DNA from: Rhynchobatus australiae
Taxonomy: Eukaryota
Assembly: GCA_034780895.1 (NCBI GenBank)
Contig: JAUZTB010000127.1
Span: 33,023,829-33,087,751 of the forward strand
DNA length: 63,923 nucleotides
Reading direction: 5' to 3'
In this document: in pieces, positions 35,481-45,352 of the stretch
Layout: every line of letters starts with the position of its first letter
Numbering within the stretch: the first letter of the stretch is position 1
Made by a program: the position numbers and the translations under genes
Notes under the pieces: generated by a model
The model's database searches: none
What the model saw: the letters and a program-made list of their open reading frames with translations, nothing else
What the model was told of the DNA's origin: nothing

Positions 35481-37709
35481 CTGGATGTGACAATAGCAGA
35501 ATCACTGCTGAAGGATGCTCATCAGCTCAGTGAGGGCTCTAGTTGAACCAATGCACTTCAACCAAGAGAGAGTTCTGAAGTGAACATATGAACCAAATAA
35601 AGAGAGGATAGATTCATTATTCCCCAGACAGCCAACGATATTTATTGCACTCACGCAGACTGAGTAGTGAAAAGAGCAATGAAGGGATGGCCCAATACAA
35701 AAGCATCTTGACAAATTGTCAGAAAAGTGAGCCTGGACTTGTGTAATACACTGCTGGTGATCATACACCAGTTAGCCTTTCATCAGGACAACCCCTTGCA
35801 GTTCATGAAGTAGGTTCTTTACAGGACCATTGGATGATGTAATCCAGTCAATACTTCCTGAAATTTGTGTCACACATACATACCCCAGAACCCTGTCTTG
35901 TCCCTTCAGGGAGGTCCATGATGAAAGCTTTCAGTTAATATGGAATTAGACACTTGCTTATTATAAAGATGAATGACAGACTGAACAATACTCAATGCAG
36001 AGCACCCAGGAGCAGAGTAATCTCCTACATTAGTCAGAGGGGTATTTCCCAGGTTTTTCTTCACGTCTCATTTTAAAGAGGTGATATGCTATATTAGGTT
36101 AGGTGGACAGCTCATAAATTACAATACACACATTCAGTCATGGGGCCAGGCCAGATGGTCTTTATTCAGACTAACATTCTTTGTGTATCTGTATGACTGA
36201 TGTTCTTTATGATGGCCTTGAAGAAACTGGACACTGATACTGCAAGCAGGAACATGGTGCTAGGTGTTGCAGCTGGTTGAAAGGCTTGTCAGGTGAAGTA
36301 ACACAATTACGTCAATCTCCCTGGAGAAAAGCAGCCTTAAGGAGCACCTCATGTGAAATGCAAGCACATTTCCTGGGCTAATGGTGGGGTAGAACTCCTT
36401 CTACAATCTTATCTTGTTCCATTTAATATCCTTCCAGGCCTGCAGCTCAATACCTCAGCATTATCTCCTCCTCATCTAACCACAACTGCATCTCAAAATA
36501 CTCTAGAAACTAAAACCAGTTCAGACTTTAGAACTTATACAGCCATCTCTCCAAAATGGCCTCCAGTAAAGCACAATGTCACAGAAACAACCAGTCTTGA
36601 AGCAAAATCAGCACAGGAACAAGATGAAAATCCTCTCAAAAAAGGTCCTTTATCATGGGTCAGGGAAATTTACTCAACTGCTGGGATACTAATTACAAGG
36701 GAGGTGGTGGGAAAAGCATCAGTTACACTGTAATTTTATTCACGCTGCTACATTTCCATCACTATATATAGAACTGACAAAATCCATCGTGACATGGATC
36801 AATTTTGGGATATAAAAACACTAAAAGCCTTAATTTCTACCTTCATGTTTGCTACTGCAGTTGGAGATAATATTATCCTTAACTTTCACTGTCTGGACCC
36901 TTCATTATACATAGAAATAAATAAATTACACTTTTCACTTCCACATGCATATTATTGGACCCTCAAACTCAGAGCTTTGGAATATTGATTAAAAACCATT
37001 GCAAATAAAGAACATGGTGCATGGCATAGTTTGCATGCAAGCATGACTCGTTCAGTTTAAAATTCTTCCAGCCTGCAGTTTGCTCAATGTTAGCACCTCT
37101 TCTTTATTTAACCACAACTGCATGCCGAAACAATCCCAAAACTAAAACCAGTTAAGACTTTAGAATTGATTAGCTGTCCATACCACCCAATATAATATGC
37201 CACTTCTGAGAGGAGATTTAAGAAAAACTTTAAAAAACACAGGAGAAAAAAAAAACTGGGACATTCCCCTCTGACTAATCCAGGAAATTATTCCGCTCCT
37301 TGGTGCCCTGCATGGCAAGTGCTGTTCAGTCAACCACTTTTTTTTCCATAATGCTGTATTCACTGAAATAGAATTCACTGTCAATTCTTTGAATTGAGGC
37401 TTTGACCCATTTTTGTTTTGCAATGATATTCTGATTAGATTTTTAAAATGTTGAATCGTTGAACCTTAAACATTCCAAAGCCTGATTGGAACACAAGTGC
37501 ATCTCACACTGGTATGCTTACACCTGCAAAACTTTATACTATAATTTGGAAAATGATCCACTGTTAGTGATTTCTGTTGTTTGTGGAAGTCTCAACTTTT
37601 AAACAGTTTTTGCAGAAAATGTGCTTAAAGTTAATTTGAAAATCACAACTGAAATAAAATCAAAATCTTGCGTGTCAGACAATCAAGTATTATTCTGCCA
37701 AGGATAATG

Positions 37710-37930
37710 AGACTTTACATCAACAAACTCCATTTATATAGTGCCATAAATGTAGCAATCTTTTCCCATTTCACAGGAATGCAACCATGCAGACATAAAA
37801 AAGCCTACAGGTCAAAGATCTCAGTTTTAACAAATATTTAAAAGTACAACAAGATGGAGAGGTGGCTGCTTGGGGATAGAATCCCAGAATTCTGGACCTT
37901 GGCAACTAAAAGTATGACAACCAACAGTTG
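37710..37930 (-). mobile_element. L2 LINE 3' end
   Basis: CAACAAACTCCATTTATATAGTGCC...GGGATAGAATCCCAGAATTCTGGACCTTGGCAACTAAA. A similar copy lies at about 47180-47390. Confidence 0.6.
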
Positions 37931-38059
37931 AAAGTGAAATTGAAGGAAGAACAAGGAATTGTTTGTGGACCTCAGGATAGAAGTGTGTAGAGCATGGCGT
38001 AAATAAGGAAACTAAAGTCACGTATACCAGGAGTAATGCAGTACCACTGCTGACATCAG

Positions 38060-38850
38060 TGGAGGGGAAAGAAAGGATATGATATCAAGATATTTAGAAA
38101 ATAACATGATTGAGCAGAGTTGGAAGAAATTTATGCACTCATATTTGTATCTCTTTGCTGATGCATTTAGAAGAGTAGATGAGGGAGAACCAGTGGATAT
38201 GGTGCATTTAGATTTTCAGGAAGCTTTCAATAAGGTCCCACACAAGTTAGTGAACAAGGTCAGAACTCCTGAAATTGGGAGTTGATTAACAAATGGAAAA
38301 TAACGAGTGAGAATAAACTCTGGTTAGCTTGCTGTGACTAGTGAGATATTGCAGGGATCATTGCTTGGATGCCAACTACTCACAATCTTTATTAATAGTT
38401 TGGCTGAGGGGAATGTACCATTTTCATGTTTGCTGGAGGCATGAAACTGTGACTACTAATGAGAATGCACAGATACTTCAAAGGGACGTGGACAAGCTGA
38501 GTATGTTTGCTACAACATGACAGATGGAGTACAACTTGGAAAAATTGGGGTTATTTGCGAGAGAAAACATGAATGCTGAGCACTTTAAAGCTGAGTGATT
38601 GGGAAATGTTGATGTTTAAATGAACTTGGGTGACATTGTACATGTCATTGAAAACTTTNNNNNNNNNNNNNNNNNNNNNNNNNNNNNNNNNNNNNNNNNN
38701 NNNNNNNNNNNNNNNNNNNNNNNNNNNNNNNNNNNNNNNNNNNNNNNNNNNNNNNNNNGCGAGAGGAAAATAGAGACGCAACATGGGGACATTATGAAGG
38801 GATATTAAAAATCTGGAATTTAAGTTTGATGATGGTGCTACACAACTGGG
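38060..38850 (+). mobile_element. CR1 LINE RT remnant (gapped)
   Basis: ORF 38079-38285 VDEGEPVDMVHLDFQEAFNKVPHKL; downstream GCAGGGATCATTGCTTGG (QGS.LG) and TTTGCTGGAGGCATGAAACT (decayed FADDTK). Confidence 0.85.
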
Positions 38851-38961
38851 AGCTGATACAGGCCAGCAGACAGTGGGGAACAGGCAAACGCCCATCACAG
38901 ACTACTATTTACATTTGTCAAGTCTATTTAAGTGTTGAACTGCAAACTAACTGAAAGCAAA

Positions 38962-39030
38962 AGAATCAGAATCAGGTTTATTATCACCAACCTATTTGAC
39001 GTGAAATGTGTTGTTTTGCGGCAGCAGAAG
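38962..39030 (-). mobile_element. Rex1/Babar extreme 3' end
   Basis: AGAATCAGAATCAGGTTTATTATCAC...GTTGTTTTGCGGCAGCAG matches 49760-49810. Confidence 0.75.
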
Positions 39031-39259
39031 GCAAAGGCAATGAATAGCAGTTTGATCAATGAGGTGGCTTTTGGAAGCATGGTTCACGTAGAGGGGGAGA
39101 TGAGATTCCACAGGCTGGGACTCCGAAAGGCACAGCCACCAACAAGATTAAGTAGATTAGCTCAGCCAGCAGCTGGGCTGTGCATTGCATTCTTCCTTCA
39201 CTCTCTCCAAAATGGAAACAAATCAAGTTCAGTGAATCCAACTGCTCCAATTAGGAACT

Positions 39260-39458
39260 ACCCGTTTCAGAAACAGCTTCTTCCCCTCTGCGAAATTTCT
39301 GACAGTCCATGAACCCGTGAACACTACCTTGTTATTCCTCTTTTGCACTACTTAGTTCTGTAATTTACAGTAATTTTTGTCTTTATCTTGCACTGTACTT
39401 CTGCTGCAAAACAACAAATTTAAGCTCATACATCAGTGATAATAAAGCTGGTTCTGAT
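39260..39458 (+). mobile_element. Rex1/Babar LINE 3' end
   Basis: TTCAGAAACAGCTTCTTCCCCTCTGC...CAGTCCATGAAC...GCTGCAAAACAACAAATT...CAGTGATAATAAAGCTGGTTCTGAT. Confidence 0.8.
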
Positions 39459-40939
39459 TAGTTGCAAAGAAACCTCAACATGAACATCACTTAAACTACA
39501 TGGTCACGCTGCCAGCCAAGTTTCTCTTGATATGCCTGTGAAACCTCAATGATAGTCCTAATGATAGTCCTTTTAGGTCAAAAATGGCTGGTGCCATTTC
39601 CAACCTTCTCAGAGTCTATAGACAAGGAATACCACCTTGCAACAAAAGGCTACCCAACCAGAGGCTGATTGGATCTAATCAAGTGTTGAGTTAGAGTCTG
39701 TTTGGGTGCAAGCTCTACCAAAACATCTGGCTTCAGGCCAAGCCTCATCCAATGGCAACTGTTGGGAGAGTGCACGCGGGAGGGAGATGGGGAGCAGTCA
39801 AGGGACTCAGCCCTGGAGAAGAAGTTTACTTTTGGGTGCTTATGTATAGCTTGTCTGTGCCAGCAACAGGATAAGATGGCATGATACTCAGCAAGGAAGT
39901 AGACAGGAAACAGTCAGAAATCAGGGAGCATTTTTCCTGGTGCTGGCATAGAGTTCGATAGAATCAGGCATCCATCCATTTGGATGTAACGGATAGGGTG
40001 TGGGTGCTGGGTGAGTCCGTTGGCAAGAGACTTTATCCAGGCATAGAGGGCCTTTTTCAGGTGTGAATGTCAAGTCCAACTGTGTCAACGTCAGCAGAAT
40101 ATTCTGTAAATGTCTCCAGGTTGGGCCAGGATTGGATTGGCCATGGATCCATCAAGGGGCAAAAGAAAACCATACTAATACAAGCTTAAAATAGCCATTT
40201 TCTTCAGAAAAATCTGATCACTGCTGCTACAAAAGAACACTCATTAACCTGTTCCATTTTGGAGGATTATTTTGGTCACCGTTTTACAACTCTGTTGGTT
40301 GAGAGAAACCAAACCCTTGCATTTTATCCTTTGACACAAAAATATCTCACCCCGCAGTCACAAGAAGCTTTTTGTTAAAGGTCAGACTGGCTCCAGTATT
40401 AGCTTTTTGTCAAAGGTCTACTCACCCAAGTCCAGAGGCAGAGCCAACCAATTATTGGAGTAACCCCTGCTGAGTTGAAATGAATGCAGTATCACCACCT
40501 GCGCATCACCAACTGCAATGTTCAGCTTTCTTTAATTGTCCGTTGCTCGTTACTTCAGACACTCAAAGTCCATTTGCAGTGTAATCTGCACCTCTCAGTT
40601 ATGTCAACTGAGGGGCCAACTCAGAGCTGCATTTAACAGCTGAACATTTTTGACATATTATTCTCTTGTATAGCAAGAGAACGAAAATCTAGAAAAACAA
40701 TAAATACTGATACATTTGCCGTAAAATGAGTGCAACTCATTTATCCTCCCCATAAGTCTCTCTCAGTACCCTGTTCTCTTTAATGTTATACAATGTTTGT
40801 GCTAAACAGGAGCCCCATCTGCCCTTCAAGTGGATGCAAAAAGCATTAGGGTATTTTTCCAAAAGATGATTGAGTTCTTTCCAGTTTATCAGCCTGCAAT
40901 TATTTTTCCAGCAAAATTTGCAAAACACAGGTCTAGTCA

Positions 40940-41480
40940 CTGAAAATTCTGCAGCTGCAGGAACCTGGAGCAATACACAAAAAAGTACTGGAGGAACTCA
41001 GGTCAGGCATCATCTATGGAGAGAAATGAACAGTTGACACTTTTGGTCAAGACCCTTTATTGGGACCGGAAAGAAGAGGACAGAAGCCAGAATAAGAAGA
41101 TTGAGGAAGGGGGGAGAAGTACATGGAGGAAGGTGATAAGCCCTCCTTTTTTAAAAAAACCACTCCTTTACCTTCCCTCATTCCTGTAGCACCCTCTCCC
41201 TTCCTTCATGATCTGCCCATCTGTTCCCCACCTCCTTCCCTTTATTCCATGGTCCACTGCCCTCTCCTACTGGATTATTTCTTCAGCCCTTTGCCTCTTT
41301 TACCTATCACCTACTTATACCTGCCCCTTCCCCACCCTCCTACCTTTCCTATCTCACCTGGACTCTATCACCTGCTTGCATGTACTCCTCCCCCTCCCTG
41401 ACCACCTTGTTCTGGCTTCTGCCCTCTTCCTTTCCAGTCCTGATGAAATATCAACTGTTTATTCCTCCATCATTTTGTGC
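40940..41480. mobile_element. long inverted pair of Penelope LTRs
   Basis: Minus arm 40940-41140 (GGAAAGAAGAGGACAGAAGCCAGAATAAG) and plus arm 41165-41480 (CTTGTTCTGGCTTCTGCCCTCTTCCTTTCCAGTCCTGATGAAA) are complementary. Confidence 0.85.
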
Positions 41481-41639
41481 ATGTTAGTCTAGTCACTGTC
41501 TCATTTTAGATTTATGGGACCTTGTTGTACAGAAATGGTTGCTGTTCTTTCTGGCATTATAGTGATGCTTGTCAGGAGCATTTAATGGTCCTGAAATCAT
41601 GAACTGCACCATACAAATGACAAAACATGCTGCTGGTTA

Positions 41640-42110
41640 CAACAGGCCAAATTCCAAGCAATTTGTCAGGAGAATGTTATCTGGAATGGAGGTCTGTAGT
41701 TATAAGGAAAGATTGAATAAACCGGGTTTATTCTCAGTTGAACATAGGAAGCTGATGAGTGACTAAGAAGTTTATAAAATTGAGGGCCAGATAGAATAAT
41801 CAGTCAGAATTGCTTTCTCAGGGCAGGGGAGGCTAGAACTAGAGGGCACAGGTTTAAGGTAGGGGGAGAAATTTAGAGGAAATCAGAGGCAAGTTTTTCT
41901 TTCCACGGAGAGTGGTGAATATCTGGAATGAGCTGCCAGAGGAGTGGCGGTGGCAGATACAGTTACAATGTTTAAGAGGTGCTTGGACAAGAACTTGGAT
42001 AGGAAAGGTGTAAAAGGATACGAGCCTAATGCAGGCAAATGGGATGTACATAGATAGGCATCATGATTGATTGAAAGGGCCCATTTCTGTACTCTATGAA
42101 TCTATGATGA
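41640..42110 (+). mobile_element. CR1 LINE 3' end
   Basis: FVRRMLSGMEVCSYKERLNKPGLFSVEHRKLMSD (CR1 ORF2 C-terminus), GAGAGTGGTGAATATCTGGAATGAGCTGCCAGAGG, tail GAAAGGGCCCATTTCTGTACTCTATGAATCTATG. Confidence 0.9.
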
Positions 42111-42919
42111 TGCCATTGAAGATAGTTATTCATTCTCCCTCCTTGCTGATCACGTTTTTCCAGAGGACTGCTTCCCTCTGACCCTACAACTGACGTCACC
42201 AATGGTGAATGGTTCACCTCTCAGACAAAATCCCTGGCTTGTGCCCATGATCAGATTAAAAGTCCTCCTTTGCCTCATTTGTAGTTTCCAGTATTGGGAT
42301 GTATGCCCCCAGTGAACATGGCACACTCTCTCCATATTGAAGGGAGTTAGAGGGTGATGAGAAGTTCACTTATCCCACAAAGGAGTTGCTGAGACATGTT
42401 TACTGGGCTAGCTCATTCTTGAGAGTGAAATGTACTCCATGAAAACCATGTTCTTTTCTAGTTTGCCCTTGCCGAAGGAGTACCCACCACCTCCTTTGAA
42501 ATGGGCATCTCTTTCTCCTCATGTCTCATTCAGGGAGGTAATATCACTGCCAGAGAGTTACTGGACTGGTGGGAGCAGAGAGGTGTTCCTGTGCTGTTGA
42601 TTCAGGTCATAAATCCCTGCACTCCCAGCCTCTCCCAGATTCTCCGAGAGAACCTTCAGCTGCCTGATGTCAGTAGTCTCCTGCTGCCCTGCACCAGATT
42701 GGTGGGTCCCAGTGAGCATATTCCCAGCCAACAGAAAGCAACTTATCATGTGGGTGTGGGAATGTCTCAGTCAGTCACCGTCTTCAAGCATTAGGTACAG
42801 AGAGGAAGTATTAGACGTCATGACAACAGCCTGATTCAGGCATTGGAACCTGTTTGATTGATATTGTCTGAGCAAGAGATCACAAGGACACCTGCCTCAC
42901 CCACAATATCACAGGTACA

Positions 42920-43012
42920 GGTCAGTTTCCCTCCACAAATGCTGTCTGACCTGCTGAGTTTTTCCAGCAGTTTGTTTTTTGCTCCATATTCCAGCATCTG
43001 CAGTTTGTCTTC
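42920..43012 (+). mobile_element. Penelope-like LTR 3' terminus
   Basis: CTCCACAAATGCTGTCTGACCTGCTGAGTTTTTCCAGCAG...TTCCAGCATCTGCAG. Confidence 0.8.
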
Positions 43013-43559
43013 AGGTACTGATGACTCTTGGGCTGACCTTACAATTGTCTCTTTTTCTTGAAGGTGGTCACAAGTGCAATTGCAGTAACTAGAGAAGTTT
43101 CCCTGCTATGTGCCACAGAAAGTCCTCACCAGGGTCCTTTTCATCCAACTCCTCCCTGGAGGACAAAAGCTGCTTCCCAAATTGCTGTGTGGATTCATCC
43201 AACCAGAGGCAGTGCACATGATCTTCAACAAGGAAAACTCAAGTGCAGAGATTAGCATTGACCATTATACACGGCCTTTGATCTCTCAAAATCCTTTAAT
43301 CAGTTAACCAAGAGGGACTGTGGAGCAGGCTTTTCACATTTGTTTGCCTGCAGATATTTTTCTCCAACCCAGCTCTGTCCCATGGCAGGTACACCATGAT
43401 CTTAACAGTGAAGACTAACATCAAAACAAGGCTGCACCATTGTCCCAACAATTCTCTCAGACTTTGTCTGAAATACTGCATCTCACGTCCAAAAAGTTTT
43501 TCCATTGCAATGGAACTAAATCTATAGGACAACAGGTAAAATACCTTGCCTCCAATCCA

Positions 43560-44480
43560 GAAGCAAAATCAGACCTACTTCAGTCAGAGCTGCAGTATAC
43601 AGACAACACTGGTGCACATTTTGAAGACAAGTCATTTACTGAACACAAGGCCTTGTACTGAGCAACTGCAAAACAGACCATCTACCAACTTACTTCCACT
43701 GTACCATACTGTCCTGTCTTCCAATATTTAAAAATCCTCAACAAGACAGAAAATGTAAACAAATTTTTGCATCTTGGGAACAACCTCTCAGTGAAGGCTG
43801 CCACTGACAATGAAATTCATCATCAGTACAGCTTCTGACTGTCTGAGGAACAGTGTGTTTGAAGACCAAGATCTCAAGCCCAGCATTCTCATGGTCTACC
43901 AGGCAGCTTTGAATTCTGCCATCCTGTATGCTTCTGAGACATGAGTTACCTAGAGCAGGCAATTCAAGGCTCTAGAGAGTACAATGTCATCTCTGCAAAA
44001 TCCTCCAAATCCACTGCCAGGATAGGATGCCAAACTTGGTTCACTTTTCCTGCCCTAATATTCCCAGTACAGAGGTCTCAATTATGCCCAATCTGATGTG
44101 GCCTGACCACCATTCACAGGCTGAAAAAGATACTTTACATTGAGCCCTATCACGGCAAGAGATTACTAGGTGTACAAAGCAAACAAATTCAAGAATGTCC
44201 TCAAAGCTTCCTGGAATTTGTGCAACATTCACTCGTGTGAAATCCTGGCCCATGATTGCTCAGAATGTAGAAGCACTAGGGATGGCACTGAGAACCTGGA
44301 GATCATAAGCAGCACACAGAAACACAGTATAAGTGGCAGAAGGAGCACCTGATCTACCAAGTCGAGCATCTTCTGGCCCACCAGTGGCAGAGTCCCATTG
44401 TGGCCTCATCAGCCAACTCGGGACTGAGAAGAGGAGCCGAAGTCATGCTCATTCCAAGGAACTGCCCGAGATATAAATGG
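43560..44480 (+). mobile_element. RTE-clade LINE 3' half, decayed
   Basis: ELQYTDN (cf. LQYADD), ENVNKFLHLGNNLSVKAATDNEIHH (cf. ENV..F.YLGS.LS....ID.EI), and MVYQAA...ILYASET* (cf. LLYGSETW). Confidence 0.8.
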
Positions 44481-45214
44481 TTTCATGTTTGCTCCCTTAA
44501 AAGTCAGACCAGATTCCTGGTGAACAAGGTTGTAGACTATGTATTACATTGTTGTTACATTAACATGCTCTGCATTAATTTCACTTCAGGAAATAAAATT
44601 GACAAGAGACCTGGTCCCTCTGAACTCTTGCATCTTAAAAGTTTTATCAAGCGTCAGTCATACCTTCCTAATTTCTCAAAGGGATTTGCTTTCTTCCAGT
44701 GTAGTTGTCCACAGTGTCATATCACATGTGCATTTCAATTCTGCAAAAGAGCAGAGAACCAAATGTGATTACCTTCAAATATACATGTATGAAGCACAAT
44801 ACGCACATGTAATGCATTTGAAAAATTCTAATTCAGTTCTAATTTGGCTGCATCTTCAAAAACTTCCAAGAAAGTCTAGTAAGCGACAAATTTAGAAAGG
44901 AACTCCTTGCCGTTTAAAAATCACATATTATTTGCTAGAACAACTCTGCAAAACGTAAGCCTGCTTGCAGACAGCTGAAGCTAACCAGGATCATCTGTAC
45001 AATCCATTTTGGTTGCATGTTTTCATTGGGGCAGGAGTAGGAAATAAAAACAGTCTAGAAGAATCCAAATTTGTTAACTATATTCTAAACCTGTTCTGAG
45101 CTTGCAGAATAATATTCATCAATAAAAATCTGTAATTAATTCTGAATACGGCTATTACAACATCATTTCAAAAGGCAAAAGAACAGAGGTCTGGGATAAA
45201 AGGCAAGGCAGATG

Positions 45215-45352
45215 GAGTCATAGAGAGTTATATAGCATGAAAACAGGCCTTTCAGCCCAATTTGTCCGCGCCGACCAAGTTGTCTACTTGAGCTCATCCC
45301 ATTTGCCTGCATTTGGCCCAGATTCCACTAAACCCTTCTTATCCATGTATCT
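45215..45352 (-). mobile_element. CR1 3' end
   Basis: GTCATAGAGAGTTATATAGCATGAAAACAGGCCTTTCAGCCCAA...CCCATTTGCCTGCATTTGGCCC. Confidence 0.8.

Noticed and set aside
36353-36733. 126-aa plus ORF, and similar 120-143 aa ORFs at 17171, 38932, 44400 and 51922
   Set aside because: No domain similarity or splice structure; several overlap decayed repeats or start at non-ATG codons.
39548-39571. 12-bp tandem AATGATAGTCCT x2; also AACTATAGG x3 at about 57784-57822
   Set aside because: Ordinary slippage duplications with no sign of function.
2545-43012. Recurrent GCTGGAGGAACTCAG motif as a CRISPR-like or tandem array
   Set aside because: Copies are dispersed, in both orientations and without regular spacers; they are Penelope-LTR fragments in eukaryotic DNA.
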